64,000 bases of DNA from Bacillota bacterium (GTDB lineage Bacteria > Bacillota > Clostridia > Peptostreptococcales > Anaerovoracaceae), in assembly GCA_017438285.1 (NCBI GenBank), contig JAFRVY010000125.1:7687-71686 (forward strand), written 5' to 3'. This document shows positions 51,066 through 61,998 of the stretch, piece by piece (position 1 is the stretch's first letter; the number at the start of each line of letters is the position of its first letter). A model generated the notes under the pieces. It was not told the origin of the DNA. It ran no database searches and was given only the letters and a program-made list of their open reading frames with translations. Position numbers and translations under genes: made by a program.

Positions 51066-52991
51066 ATGATGAAACAAAATATCGACGAACACAAATACCT
51101 GTTCCATCACGGTAAAAACTACAGGTCATATGAATTTCTCGGAGCGCACCCGGCGGAAGGCGGAGGCGTCGTTTTTCGTGTCTGGGCTCCCCGAGCAAAG
51201 TCCGTAACGGTCGCCGGTGATTTCAACGGCTGGGAGCATGTGCGCGACCACATGCACAGGCTGGAAGACGACCCGGAGATCTGGGAGGCCTTTGTGCCGA
51301 ACGCGAAGCATGGTGACTACTATAAATATGTCATCACCACGGACCGGGAGAAGACGCTCTGGAAGGCGGATCCGTACGCCTTTTATTCGGAGAAGGTTGA
51401 CGCCCCGGGAAGCCAGCGCGCCTCCATCATCTACGATCTGAACGATCATTTCCCTTGGGGAGACGGGCGCTGGATGGAGCAGCGTCTCCACAGGAATCTA
51501 TACAAGGATTTCATCAATATCTATGAGGTCCATCTCGGTTCATGGCGCCGTCACGAGGACGGTTCGCGCATGAGCTACCGCGAGACGGCGGACCTGCTGA
51601 TTCCTTACGTCAAAGGCATGGGCTACACCCACATCGAACTGCTTCCGATCATGGAGCATCCCTTCGATGGTTCCTGGGGATATCAGGTCACCGGCTACTA
51701 CAGTCCGACCTCGAGATACGGAACGCCTGAGGATTTGAAATATCTCATCGACCTCGCCCACAGAAATGACATCGGTGTGATCATCGACTGGGTTCCGGCC
51801 CACTTCCCGAAGGACGATTTCGGACTCGTGGAATTCGACGGTCACCCGCTCTACGAATATACGGATCATCTAAAGGCAGAGCACAAAGGCTGGGGAACGC
51901 TGGCCTTTGATTACGGAAGACCGGAGGTCATCAGCTTCCTCGTTTCCAACGCATTCTACTACTGTGAGCAGTTCCACATAGACGGGCTCAGAGTCGATGC
52001 AGTCGCCGCGATGATCTATCTCAACTACGGACGCGAAGACGGCGAATGGATGCCGAATGAAGACGGCGGCGTGGAGAACAAGGAGGCGATCGCCTTCCTG
52101 CAGCGCATGAACAGCGACGTTCTCACCAACTTCCCCGGCGTCATGACCATTGCAGAGGAATCCACCGCATGGCCAGGCATCACCATGCCGCCTTATGAAG
52201 GCGGTCTGGGCTTCAACTTCAAGTGGAACATGGGCTGGATGAATGATGAACTGGAGTACTTTTCTTCCAACCCGATCTTCCGCGTGGGCATGCACGGGAA
52301 ACTCATCTTCTCCCTCGACTATGCGTGGAGCGAGAACTTCATCCTCCCGATTTCCCACGACGAAGTCGTTCACGGAAAGAAATCACTTCTGGACAAGATG
52401 CCCGGCAGATACGACGAGAAGTTTGACGGTTTCAGGACATTCCTGGCGTACATGATTACCCACCCGGGCAAGAAACTCACCTTCATGGGAACGGAATTCG
52501 CCCAGTTCATCGAGTGGAACGACAGCGCCCAACTTGACTGGCTGCTTCTGGATTACGACAAGCACAGGCAGACATGGGAATTCGTCAGAGACCTGAACTA
52601 CCTGTATCTCGGGACCCCATCCCTGTGGGATGGTGACGATACGAGAGACGGCTTCCGCTGGATCGACGGCAGCAACATTTACGACAATGTCATCGCCTTC
52701 ATCCGCTGCAGACCGGAAGCAGATCCGGAGGATCCGGGCAGCATCAAAGACCCGGTCGTCGTGATTCTGAACGTCTCGGGCAAAGACCTGGAGGAATACA
52801 AGGTAGGCGTGCCGGAGGCAGAGGCCTACGAAGTAATGATAGATACTGACATGACCAAATACGGCGGTCCGGGTAAGAGGACTGCTACAACATATGAAGT
52901 ACAACCAGAGGGCTGGAACGGGTACGATCAGCACATCGTGCTCTCACTGCCTGCCCTGTCGGCTATCGTTTTAGAGAAAAAGGAGGGATAA
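51066..52991 (+). CDS. glgB: 1,4-alpha-glucan branching enzyme
   Basis: [39 protein letters not shown]; start moved to ATG 51066. Confidence 0.97.
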   Translation: MMKQNIDEHKYLFHHGKNYRSYEFLGAHPAEGGGVVFRVWAPRAKSVTVAGDFNGWEHVRDHMHRLEDDPEIWEAFVPNAKHGDYYKYVITTDREKTLWKADPYAFYSEKVDAPGSQRASIIYDLNDHFPWGDGRWMEQRLHRNLYKDFINIYEVHLGSWRRHEDGSRMSYRETADLLIPYVKGMGYTHIELLPIMEHPFDGSWGYQVTGYYSPTSRYGTPEDLKYLIDLAHRNDIGVIIDWVPAHFPKDDFGLVEFDGHPLYEYTDHLKAEHKGWGTLAFDYGRPEVISFLVSNAFYYCEQFHIDGLRVDAVAAMIYLNYGREDGEWMPNEDGGVENKEAIAFLQRMNSDVLTNFPGVMTIAEESTAWPGITMPPYEGGLGFNFKWNMGWMNDELEYFSSNPIFRVGMHGKLIFSLDYAWSENFILPISHDEVVHGKKSLLDKMPGRYDEKFDGFRTFLAYMITHPGKKLTFMGTEFAQFIEWNDSAQLDWLLLDYDKHRQTWEFVRDLNYLYLGTPSLWDGDDTRDGFRWIDGSNIYDNVIAFIRCRPEADPEDPGSIKDPVVVILNVSGKDLEEYKVGVPEAEAYEVMIDTDMTKYGGPGKRTATTYEVQPEGWNGYDQHIVLSLPALSAIVLEKKEG

Positions 52992-52993
52992 GT

Positions 52994-54157
52994 ATGGCAA
53001 GAAAGAAAAAATGTATCGCTATGCTTCTTGCCGGAGGACAGGGATCAAGACTCGCCCCGCTCACTGAAAACGTGGCAAAGCCTGCGGTCCCATTCGGAGG
53101 CAGATACAGAATCATCGATTTCTCACTCTCCAACTGCGTCAACTCGAACATTGACACGGTCGGCGTGCTGACCCAGTATCAGCCTTTGGAACTCAATGAC
53201 TATCTGGGCACGGGAGATCCGTGGGATCTGGATCTGAACTACGGCGGTCTCCACGTGCTGCCGCCATATCAGGCAGCCAAGGGCGGAGACTGGTTCAAAG
53301 GCACGGCGAATGCCATCTACCAGAACCAGAAGTTCATATCCAATTACGACCCGGATTACATCCTGGTTCTTTCGGGGGACCACATCTACAAGATGAACTA
53401 CGAGATCATGCTCAAGGAGCATATCGATAATGACGCCGACGCCACGATTGCGGTAATGGACGTTCCTATCGAGGAAGCGAGCCGTTTCGGCATCATGAGC
53501 ACCGATGAGAAGGGCCTCATTACAGAGTTTGCAGAGAAACCTGCCCAGCCTAAGAGCACCCTCGCATCCATGGGCGTCTACATTTTCAACACCGACAAGC
53601 TTTTGAACTATCTGGAACAGGACGAACAGAACCCGGATTCCGATAACGACTTCGGCAAGAACGTCATTCCTGCGATGCTGGCAGGCGGCGAGAGGCTTTA
53701 TGCTTATCTGTACAAAGGCTACTGGAGAGACGTCGGTACCCTGTCGTCCTACTGGAGCGCAAACATGGATACCCTCGGAGAGGATCCGGAGCTCTGGCTC
53801 AACGATGATGGCTGGAGAATCTACTACAGACACGATTTCCACTCCCCGACCTATCTGGGAGAGCACGCAAGTCTGCAGAACTGCAACTGCGCAGCAGGAA
53901 ATGAAATCGACGGACACATATTCGATTCCGTCATCGGAAGCAATATCGTGATCGAAGAAGGCGCTGTCGTCAGGGACTGCGTCATCATGAATAACGTAAC
54001 CATCGGCAAAGGCGCTCACGTAGAATACGCCATCATCGACCACGATGTCGAGATCGGCGCAGGCGCCAAGGTCGGCGGAAGCAAAGAAGACACCGAGCTC
54101 ACCGTTATAGCTACGGGTCAGAAAATCCCGCCGGCACAGACGGGAAAGGAGGTGTAG
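52994..54157 (+). CDS. glgC: ADP-glucose pyrophosphorylase
   Basis: [41 protein letters not shown]. Confidence 0.97.
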   Translation: MARKKKCIAMLLAGGQGSRLAPLTENVAKPAVPFGGRYRIIDFSLSNCVNSNIDTVGVLTQYQPLELNDYLGTGDPWDLDLNYGGLHVLPPYQAAKGGDWFKGTANAIYQNQKFISNYDPDYILVLSGDHIYKMNYEIMLKEHIDNDADATIAVMDVPIEEASRFGIMSTDEKGLITEFAEKPAQPKSTLASMGVYIFNTDKLLNYLEQDEQNPDSDNDFGKNVIPAMLAGGERLYAYLYKGYWRDVGTLSSYWSANMDTLGEDPELWLNDDGWRIYYRHDFHSPTYLGEHASLQNCNCAAGNEIDGHIFDSVIGSNIVIEEGAVVRDCVIMNNVTIGKGAHVEYAIIDHDVEIGAGAKVGGSKEDTELTVIATGQKIPPAQTGKEV

Positions 54158-54160
54158 AAC

Positions 54161-55279
54161 ATGAGAATGCTTGGATTGATATTCGCAGATGAGCACGATG
54201 CCAACATCAGCGATCTGACATTGAAAAGAACCTTCGCCGCGATTCCATTTGGCGCAAGATACAGAATCGTCGACTTCTTCATTTCAAACATGACGAATTC
54301 AGGAATCAGAAATATCGGCGTCATCGCCACCACCAAGTACGAGAGTCTCATGGGTCACGTACGCTACGGCGGTGAATGGGACCTGCACCGCAGAAAGTCC
54401 GGACTGACCGTACTGCCGCCGTTCTCCTTCTCAAGCGGAGAGGCGCGTTACGAGAACATACTGGAGGCCCTTCAGGCCAACCTTTCATACATCACTAACT
54501 GCAAGGAAGAATACGTACTGTTCACGTGCTGTGACGCCATCGGCAACATCGACTACTCGGCCATGCTGGATCAGCACATCAAATCGGGCGCGCGTTTCAC
54601 ATGCCTTTGCACGAAGACGCCGCTCAATAAGGAGCAGGGCGTCAGAACGACGGTATACAAGACGGATGAAAAGGACAGGATCACGGAAATTCAGATCAAG
54701 AAGGAACATGATCCGGGAGATCTGATTTCGACGCACACGTACATCATGTCGCGCGAGGAGCTTCTCGACATCCTGACACAGTCCATCGACCTGAACAAAA
54801 AGAGCATGCGAAGAGACGTTCTTATGCCGGCTCTCAAGACATCCAAGGTCATGGCATATGTAACGGACGAAAAGCTCACCTATGTGGACACCGTTTCTTC
54901 CTATCTGAAGAGTAATCTGGCGCTCCTGAACAAAGACCTGAGGAGAGAACTGTTCATGCAGGAACTTAGACCGATCATCACCAGAGCGGGCAACAGCTCC
55001 CCTGCTTTTTACAGCGAGAGTTCACAGACGACGAACTCGATCATCGCGGCAGGTTCTGTCATTGAAGGTACCGTCAGAAACTCTGTTATCTTCAGAAACG
55101 TGCATGTCAAGAAAGGTGCTGTCATTGAGAACTGCGTCATCAATCAGGACTGCACCATCGGAGAAGGTGCGGTGCTCAACTATGCCGTTCTGGATAAGGG
55201 CGTCATCATCAACGACAAGCGTCTGCTTTCGGGATATGTGACCCATCCGTTCTTCGTTGGACCTGACTCAGTAATATGA
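54161..55279 (+). CDS. glgD: ADP-glucose pyrophosphorylase subunit GlgD
   Basis: PFGARYRIVDF, WDL.RRKSGL, beta-helix C terminus, degenerate catalytic loop; follows glgC. Confidence 0.92.
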   Translation: MRMLGLIFADEHDANISDLTLKRTFAAIPFGARYRIVDFFISNMTNSGIRNIGVIATTKYESLMGHVRYGGEWDLHRRKSGLTVLPPFSFSSGEARYENILEALQANLSYITNCKEEYVLFTCCDAIGNIDYSAMLDQHIKSGARFTCLCTKTPLNKEQGVRTTVYKTDEKDRITEIQIKKEHDPGDLISTHTYIMSREELLDILTQSIDLNKKSMRRDVLMPALKTSKVMAYVTDEKLTYVDTVSSYLKSNLALLNKDLRRELFMQELRPIITRAGNSSPAFYSESSQTTNSIIAAGSVIEGTVRNSVIFRNVHVKKGAVIENCVINQDCTIGEGAVLNYAVLDKGVIINDKRLLSGYVTHPFFVGPDSVI

Positions 55280-57180
55280 CACATATACTTTTTGACTCAA
55301 AAGATGAATATTTCAAAAGCCCTGTGGGCGCGATCCGGTCGGGCACCGAGGTGACTCTCCGTCTGCTCGTGCCCGAGGACCAAAGACCGCTTTCTGCAAA
55401 GGCCGTCGTGCGCTACGACAGGCACGATTCGCCTGCCGAGTACCACATGGGGAATGACTTCGACGGCGCTGCAGCCGCGGACGGGTACGTGGCCTACTCC
55501 ACATCTTTTCAGATCTTCGATACCGGTCTGTACTGGTACAGCTTTGAGGTGCTCACCTATGACGGCATCCTGCGCATTCATAAAGATGAAGCGACAGGAG
55601 AGCCCGTCCTGACAGGCGGCGGAACCTGGCAGCAGACCGTATACAGCCGTGCCTACGACGATCCGGACTGGCTCTGCGGCGGTATCATCTACCACGTCTT
55701 CGTGGACCGCTTCAACCCATCCGGACGCCAGCGTATCGAGATGGAGAACAAAGTCCGCAGAGACGACTGGGGCGGCGTGCCGGAGTGGCGACCACAGAAC
55801 TGCCGTATCCTGAACAACGATTTCTTCGGCGGAGACCTGGCGGGCATCAGGGAGAAACTCCCCTATATGGCGGATCTTCATGTCACCTGCCTGTATCTGA
55901 GTCCGATCTTCGAGGCCTACTCGAACCACAAGTACGACACGGGCAATTACGAAAAAATCGACGCCATGTTCGGCACCGAGGAGGATTTCAGGAGCCTTTG
56001 CGAAGAGGCAGGCAAATATGGTATCCGCGTGATCTGTGACGGCGTCTTCGCTCACACGGGTTCGGACTCCAAGTACTTCGATAAGTACGGTCACTACGCG
56101 GACAAGGCAGCGGAAAACGGTGAGGAAACCGCGCCGGGAGCCTACGGTCATCCGGACTCTCCATACAGAGACTGGTACTTTTTCCATGAGGATGAGACCT
56201 ACGACTGCTGGTGGGACATCGACACCCTGCCGAGGCTGAACAAACGCAACCAGGATTACATCGAATACATCACCGGCGAGAACGGCATCGTCAGGAAGTG
56301 GCTGCGAGCCGGTGCCGCGGGATGGCGTCTCGATGTGGCTGATGAGCTGCCGAATGATTTCCTCGACAGGCTCGTTCGAGCTGCAAAGGCCGAAAAGGGC
56401 GACGCGCTCATTATCGGCGAGGTCTGGGAGGATGCCTCCAACAAGATCGCCTATGATGAACGCAAAAACTACTTCGAAGGCTGTCGGCTGGATTCTGTCA
56501 TGAACTACCCGTTCCGCACCGCCATCATAGACTTCGTACGGAGCGGAAATGCGGCAGGACTTGCCGGTACTGTTGAGACGATCACCGAAAACTACCCGCC
56601 GGAAGTCACGAACTGCCTGATGAATATCCTGGGCACCCATGACAGCATCAGGATACTGACGGCGCTGGCCGGAAAGGATCTGGGTATGGATCCGCCGCGC
56701 AACATTCAGGCGGAGACGCATATGAGCAGCGAGGAGATGACTCTCGGCACACAGCGTCTCAAGGCAGCCTCACTCATACAGATGACCTTGCCGGGCGTGC
56801 CGAGTATCTACTACGGAGATGAAGCTGGTGTGACCGGCTACAAGGATCCGTTCAACCGGACCTGCTTCCCGTGGGGCAATGAAAACCGGGAGATCATCGA
56901 CTGGTACAAGAAAATCACGAAGATTCGATCTTCACACGATATATTCAAGAGAGGTTCCTACCGAACCGTTACAGCTGCAGACGGGCTTTTTGCTTTCGAG
57001 AGAGCGGAAGCCGGCTGCGCGACGGTCATGACCGCCGTCAACTGCGGCGTTCGTGAGCAAAGTCTTGACCTCGAAGGCAGCTGGATCAACCTGCTGGACG
57101 GACAGATCAAGGAAGGAACCATTACGATTTATCCGAACGAGACCCTGTTATTAGAAAGGAGCCAAGGGCATGGATTATAG
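55276..57180 (+). CDS. GH13 neopullulanase/amylopullulanase-like debranching enzyme
   Basis: FVDRF, GGDLAGI, SNHKYD, DGVFAH, WRLDVADE, GEVWED, GTHD, IYYGDE. Confidence 0.92.
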   Translation: MTHILFDSKDEYFKSPVGAIRSGTEVTLRLLVPEDQRPLSAKAVVRYDRHDSPAEYHMGNDFDGAAAADGYVAYSTSFQIFDTGLYWYSFEVLTYDGILRIHKDEATGEPVLTGGGTWQQTVYSRAYDDPDWLCGGIIYHVFVDRFNPSGRQRIEMENKVRRDDWGGVPEWRPQNCRILNNDFFGGDLAGIREKLPYMADLHVTCLYLSPIFEAYSNHKYDTGNYEKIDAMFGTEEDFRSLCEEAGKYGIRVICDGVFAHTGSDSKYFDKYGHYADKAAENGEETAPGAYGHPDSPYRDWYFFHEDETYDCWWDIDTLPRLNKRNQDYIEYITGENGIVRKWLRAGAAGWRLDVADELPNDFLDRLVRAAKAEKGDALIIGEVWEDASNKIAYDERKNYFEGCRLDSVMNYPFRTAIIDFVRSGNAAGLAGTVETITENYPPEVTNCLMNILGTHDSIRILTALAGKDLGMDPPRNIQAETHMSSEEMTLGTQRLKAASLIQMTLPGVPSIYYGDEAGVTGYKDPFNRTCFPWGNENREIIDWYKKITKIRSSHDIFKRGSYRTVTAADGLFAFERAEAGCATVMTAVNCGVREQSLDLEGSWINLLDGQIKEGTITIYPNETLLLERSQGHGL

Positions 57181-58888
57181 GAAAGAATACGAACGCTGGC
57201 TCGCCAGCGACATCGTCGACGAGAAAACGAAAGAAGAGCTTCGCGCGATTGCCGGCGATGAAAAAGAGATCGAGGGCAGATTCAGCAAGATGCTGGACTT
57301 CGGCACCGCCGGTCTTCGCGGCATCATGTGCGCAGGGCTCTTTGGTATGAATGTTTACACCGTGCGCTACGCCACCCAGGGACTGGCTGACCTGGTCAAT
57401 CGAAGCCCCGCCGACGGCAAGAGCGGCGTCACGATCTCACACGACTCCCGCAACAACAGCAAGCTTTTTGCACGGGAAGCGGCAGGCGTTCTGGCAGCCA
57501 ACGGCATCCACGTCTACTTCTTTGAAGACCTGCGACCGACGCCGGAACTGTCTTTCGCCCTGAGACGCACGAATTCCCTGGCCGGCATCAACGTGACAGC
57601 AAGCCACAACCCGAAGGAATATAACGGATACAAAGTTTACTGGTCCGACGGTGCACAGCTTCCGCCGGAACATGCATCCCAGGTTGCCGCATCCATGCGC
57701 AGCAGCGACATCTTTGACGATGTCCGCACCATGGATTTCGAAGAGGCTTTGGACAAGGGGCTGATCACAATACTGGGCAGCGAGACAGACGAGGAATACA
57801 TGTCCTGCGTTCTGGCACAGTCCGTCAGCAATGAATCGGTCAAGAACGCGCCTGATTTCAAGGTGGTATTCACACCGCTGCACGGCACCGGATACATTCT
57901 CGTTCCGGAAGTTCTGACCCGCCTCGGTGTCAAGAACATCATTCCTGTTCCGGAGCAGATGATCATCGACGGAGATTTCCCTACGGTCGCATCACCGAAC
58001 CCAGACAACATCGGAACCTTCAAACTGGCGGTTGAACTGGCAAAGAAACACGGCGCAAATCTGATTATTGGAACAGATCCGGACGGTGACCGCTGCGGCG
58101 CAGTTGTTCGAAACGGCGATGAGTTCATCATGCTCACCGACAACCAGATCGGGTGTCTGATTCTGGACTACCTCATCACCGCGAAACGCGAGGCTGGTGT
58201 CCTCACACCAAAGGATGCCGCCGTCAAGAGTGTCGTATCAACGCCGATGGCCAACGTCATCTGCGCGAAGAACGACGTAGACATGGTCGAAGTCCTTACC
58301 GGTTTCAAATACATCGGCGAAAAGATCAAGGAATGGGAGGCCAATGGCGAGCACGCATTCCTCTTCGGATTTGAAGAGAGCAACGGCTATCTCGCCGGCA
58401 CCTATGCCAGAGACAAGGACGCCATCGTCGCATCGATGCTCCTTTGCGAGATGGCATGCTACTACAGTGCCAAAGGACTGACCCTTTATCAGGTCCTGCA
58501 GGAGATGTACAAGAAGTACGGTTTCTTCAAGGAAGAAGTCGTATCGATCCAGTTCTCCGGATTTGATGCCAACGAGAAGATGGCAGCTGTTATGAAAGAA
58601 CTTCGTGCCAACCCGCCCGCCTCGCTCGGATTCGAAATCAACAGGATTCGCGACTACGACAGCGGGGAGATCAGGGACATGGCCAGCGGAGAGATTTCAT
58701 CCACGGGACTTCCTGCCAGCAATATGCTGTTCTACGAACTGGCTGACGGATCGAATGCCATCATCCGTCCATCGGGAACAGAGCCGAAAGTCAAGCTCTA
58801 CATCATGGCGCAGGGTCCGGACGATGCATCAAGCGACAAGGCGCTCGAAGCCATCAAGGCCGGCCTGCTGGATGTCGTCAAACCGTAA
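57170..58888 (+). CDS. pgm: Phosphoglucomutase (alpha-D-phosphohexomutase)
   Basis: FGTAGLRG, TASHNP, DPDGDR, FEESNG, RPSGTEPK. Confidence 0.94.
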   Translation: MDYRKEYERWLASDIVDEKTKEELRAIAGDEKEIEGRFSKMLDFGTAGLRGIMCAGLFGMNVYTVRYATQGLADLVNRSPADGKSGVTISHDSRNNSKLFAREAAGVLAANGIHVYFFEDLRPTPELSFALRRTNSLAGINVTASHNPKEYNGYKVYWSDGAQLPPEHASQVAASMRSSDIFDDVRTMDFEEALDKGLITILGSETDEEYMSCVLAQSVSNESVKNAPDFKVVFTPLHGTGYILVPEVLTRLGVKNIIPVPEQMIIDGDFPTVASPNPDNIGTFKLAVELAKKHGANLIIGTDPDGDRCGAVVRNGDEFIMLTDNQIGCLILDYLITAKREAGVLTPKDAAVKSVVSTPMANVICAKNDVDMVEVLTGFKYIGEKIKEWEANGEHAFLFGFEESNGYLAGTYARDKDAIVASMLLCEMACYYSAKGLTLYQVLQEMYKKYGFFKEEVVSIQFSGFDANEKMAAVMKELRANPPASLGFEINRIRDYDSGEIRDMASGEISSTGLPASNMLFYELADGSNAIIRPSGTEPKVKLYIMAQGPDDASSDKALEAIKAGLLDVVKP

Positions 58889-58906
58889 GAGCAACAAGAA
58901 ATCAAT

Positions 58907-58940
58907 AAAAATAAGAGGCGAGAAATCGCCTCTTTTTATT
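58907..58940. terminator. Bidirectional terminator between pgm and malQ
   Basis: AAGAGGCGA-gaaa-TCGCCTCTT-TTT. Confidence 0.82.
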
Positions 58941-58955
58941 GCAATCATTTGCCGT

Positions 58956-60542
58956 TTATCGGTTGTAGCGCTCCGTCATCTCACGGATAGATTTTGCTAG
59001 CTCCGGTGTGAAGGCACTTGTATTCATCTGCCAGCGCCAGTTCCCCTTGGTCGTTCCCGGCACATTGACGCGCGCCTCGCTGCCGAGAAGCAGATAATCC
59101 TGCATCGGAATGATGCACATCTCGCAGCGGCTGCTGTGAGCGAGTTCTACAAGACCCGTCACCGCCGCCTGCGGATCGAGAATCGCATCCGGTGCCGGCG
59201 CCGGCACTGTGCCGTCTGCTGCAAGGTCACCGTCTGCTGCAGGGTCGCCATCCGCTGCTGGTGCGCTGAACAGTTCCGCTTTACGCGCCTCTGTGATGTC
59301 CGACTTCTCACGGAGATACCAGGAAACGAATTTCTGTTTCCAGTCTTCCGCCTTCTCGTACCAGCCCATGGTCGTATCGTTATCGTGAGTCCCCGTATAG
59401 ACTACGGCATTGTCCGTATCATAGTTGAACGGCAGGTAGACGTTTTCTTCGCCTGTGTCGAAAGCAAACTGCAGGACCTTCATGCCCGGGTAGCCGACCT
59501 GTGCCATCATATCCCACACTTCCTGCGTCAGATAGCCGAGATCCTCGGCGATGAAACGGCGCTCTCCCAGTTCCCTTTTGACTGCATCGAAAAGTTCCAG
59601 CCCCGGGCCCTTTTCCCAGTGTCCCTGCTTCGGATCTTCCGTATCCGCAGGCACGACGTAATAGGATTCAAAACCTCTCATGTGGTCGATCCTGACCACG
59701 TCAAAGAACCTGAGCTGCTGCCCGATCCGATCCACGAACCAGCGATAGCCCTGTCTCTTCTGGGCTCCCCAGTCATAGACCGGATTGCCCCAGCACTGCC
59801 CTTCTGCCGTGAACGCATCCGGAGGAGCACCCGCTTCAAAGGCCGGTTTCCCAGCTTCATCCAACTGGAAAAACCCGGGATTCGCCCAGCAGTCCGCGCT
59901 CTCATAGGCGGCATAATACGGAATATCCCCAATGAGTTCCACGCCCTTCTCGTGGGCATACTTTTTCAGAGCGTCCCACTGATTGAAGAACTCATACTGC
60001 ATCCACCTGTAAAACTCGACCTCGTAGGACAGCTTCACCGCCCACTGCGCCACGGCGCTCGGCTGATGCTCTCTGATCTCCTTATCCCAGCAGGACCAGT
60101 CGCCGTCGCCGTAATAATCGGTCAGGGCTGAGAAGAGCGCATAGTCATCGATCCAGTGCTCTTCCATCTTGCAAAAGGCTTTGTAGTGCAGGCTCGCCTG
60201 ATCGTCCTCCTGCAGCTTGCTGCGGAAATTTCGAAAGGCCGTGCGCAGCACCTTTTTCTTCTCGGTGATCTGCGCGTCATCTGCCGCAAGGTCGGCGTCC
60301 GTCAGCAGTCCCTGCTCGGCAAGCTTTTGCAGTGACAGCAGCAAAGGCTCACCGGCAAAACTTGAGCTTGACTGGTACGGACAGAATTCCCTGTTGATCG
60401 GTCCGATAGGCAGGACCTGCCAGTAGCGCTGACCTGCCTCCTGCAGTCTGTCTATAAACTTGTATGCTTCCTCCCCCAGATCGCCGTATCCGTAGGACGA
60501 CGGAAGTGAAAAAATCGGTAATAGGATTCCGCTAGCTCTCAT
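58956..60542 (-). CDS. malQ: 4-alpha-glucanotransferase (GH77)
   Basis: SGILLP, WQVLP, GDIP, GQCWGNP, RIDH.RG, AEDLG, YTGTHDN, N.PG...GNW.W. Confidence 0.95.
   Translation of the reverse strand: MRASGILLPIFSLPSSYGYGDLGEEAYKFIDRLQEAGQRYWQVLPIGPINREFCPYQSSSSFAGEPLLLSLQKLAEQGLLTDADLAADDAQITEKKKVLRTAFRNFRSKLQEDDQASLHYKAFCKMEEHWIDDYALFSALTDYYGDGDWSCWDKEIREHQPSAVAQWAVKLSYEVEFYRWMQYEFFNQWDALKKYAHEKGVELIGDIPYYAAYESADCWANPGFFQLDEAGKPAFEAGAPPDAFTAEGQCWGNPVYDWGAQKRQGYRWFVDRIGQQLRFFDVVRIDHMRGFESYYVVPADTEDPKQGHWEKGPGLELFDAVKRELGERRFIAEDLGYLTQEVWDMMAQVGYPGMKVLQFAFDTGEENVYLPFNYDTDNAVVYTGTHDNDTTMGWYEKAEDWKQKFVSWYLREKSDITEARKAELFSAPAADGDPAADGDLAADGTVPAPAPDAILDPQAAVTGLVELAHSSRCEMCIIPMQDYLLLGSEARVNVPGTTKGNWRWQMNTSAFTPELAKSIREMTERYNR
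59212..59265. repeat. Three degenerate in-frame 18-bp tandem repeats in malQ (each encoding AADG)
   Basis: ccgtctgctgcaaggtca ccgtctgctgcagggtcg ccatccgctgctggtgcg. Confidence 0.8.
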
Positions 60543-61416
60543 CGTCTATTCCTTTCGTTGTCTTGCTTTCCTGAACACACCACCAGGTCACTGTTCCGAT
60601 TATGATTACCGCTCCGACCAGCGCGAATCTGCCGGGCACTTCTCCGACGAAGAGCGCCACCCATACGGGATTGAGCATCGGCTCCAGCATGCCGATCAGC
60701 GAGCAGGCAAGCGGCGGGCAGTCGCGGGATGCGATGCCGTAGAGTACGTATGGAATGCCAAGCTGGAAGACGCCGAGAATCACGACGTACAAAATCTCCA
60801 GACCGAGCGGTGTGCCTGCGCCTGCGGATCCGACTGTCATCGCCAGTCCGACAGGAATTCCGATCAGCATTGCGATGATGTGAGCATTCAGGATGCCGCT
60901 CATTCTGGTCCCGTCGTCATCGCCGCCCTTTCCGACCATGACGAACATCAGTGCCAGGAAGACGCCGGCCAATATGCCGATAAAATTTCCGAGTATGTTC
61001 CCCGGTGAAAGCTGATCAAAAAAGAACAGCACCATGCCTGCCATGGTTACGAGCACGACGCCTACTTCTACCCGTTTCATTTTCTGGTGGAACAAAGCAG
61101 CAGACAGTATCAGTATGAAAATCGGTGCCGTATACTGCAGGACAATGGCGTTGGCTGCAGTGGTCAGTTTGGTTGCGATCGTAAAAAGCGTGGCCGAAAA
61201 CCCGAGCCCAATGCCGGCAAGCAATGAATACCGGTTTAGTTTGTATTTCACCTTGCTTGCACGCATATACCCAGCCATGATGCTGCCCGATATGAGACTT
61301 CGCACGCCCGCAATGAGAAAGGGGCTCCACGATATGAGTTTGATAAAGATGCCTCCGAGACTCCAAAGGCATGCCGTCAGCACCATGATCAGCATGGCTT
61401 TCTGTTTTCTGTTCAT
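60532..61416 (-). CDS. EamA/DMT family transporter
   Basis: LWSLGG, TTAANAIVLQYTAP, GMLEP.LNPVWV. Confidence 0.9.
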   Translation of the reverse strand: MNRKQKAMLIMVLTACLWSLGGIFIKLISWSPFLIAGVRSLISGSIMAGYMRASKVKYKLNRYSLLAGIGLGFSATLFTIATKLTTAANAIVLQYTAPIFILILSAALFHQKMKRVEVGVVLVTMAGMVLFFFDQLSPGNILGNFIGILAGVFLALMFVMVGKGGDDDGTRMSGILNAHIIAMLIGIPVGLAMTVGSAGAGTPLGLEILYVVILGVFQLGIPYVLYGIASRDCPPLACSLIGMLEPMLNPVWVALFVGEVPGRFALVGAVIIIGTVTWWCVQESKTTKGIDDES

Positions 61417-61482
61417 GGGTCTATTCTAACACAACTTGAAAAGAAAAAGGTTTCGTGTATACTGATTTTTGGAGGTAGAAAT

Positions 61483-61998
61483 ATGTTCATTACAACGCTT
61501 TGCTACATCGAGCATGAGGACCATTACCTGATGCTTCACAGAACCAAAAAAGCCCACGATGTAAACGAGGGCAAATGGATCGGTGTCGGCGGTAAATTCC
61601 TGGATCAGGAAAGCCCGGAAGAATGTCTGCAGCGCGAGGTGTTCGAAGAAACCGGCTATACATTGCTGGACTGGACCTTCCGCGGTTTTATCACCTTCAT
61701 TCAGGAAGGCGTCGAAACCGAATATATGTGTCTTTTCACGTCGGATGACTTCTTAACATCCGATGGTCTGCCCGTATCGGAAGACCCGGCCTTTGCCGGA
61801 GACGACTCCAACGCATGGCCTGTTCCTGTCTGCGATGAAGGCGTTCTGGATTGGGTCCATAAGGACAGAATCGAGGAGCTCCCGCTGTGGAAAGGCGATC
61901 GCATCTTCCTCGGTCTGCTCAGAAAGGATTTCCCGTTCTTCACGCTGAAACTGCGCTACGAGGGCGACGAACTGGTAGAATCCGTGCTGAACGACTAA
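61483..61998 (+). CDS. Nudix hydrolase, MutT/MutX-like 8-oxo-dGTPase
   Basis: TTLCYIE, LMLHR.KK, GVGGK..ESPEECLQREVFEETG, EG.L.W, WKGD. Confidence 0.88.
   Translation: MFITTLCYIEHEDHYLMLHRTKKAHDVNEGKWIGVGGKFLDQESPEECLQREVFEETGYTLLDWTFRGFITFIQEGVETEYMCLFTSDDFLTSDGLPVSEDPAFAGDDSNAWPVPVCDEGVLDWVHKDRIEELPLWKGDRIFLGLLRKDFPFFTLKLRYEGDELVESVLND

Noticed and set aside
59212-59265. Short repeats as a CRISPR array
   Set aside because: No spacers, in-frame coding sequence, and no cas genes in the window.
27468-61799. Shared GGCCTTT(G)CCGG in the rdgB and Nudix inserts as proof of one mobile element
   Set aside because: Only 11-12 GC-rich nt and absent from the other inserts. Kept only as a test under the loop-insertion finding.
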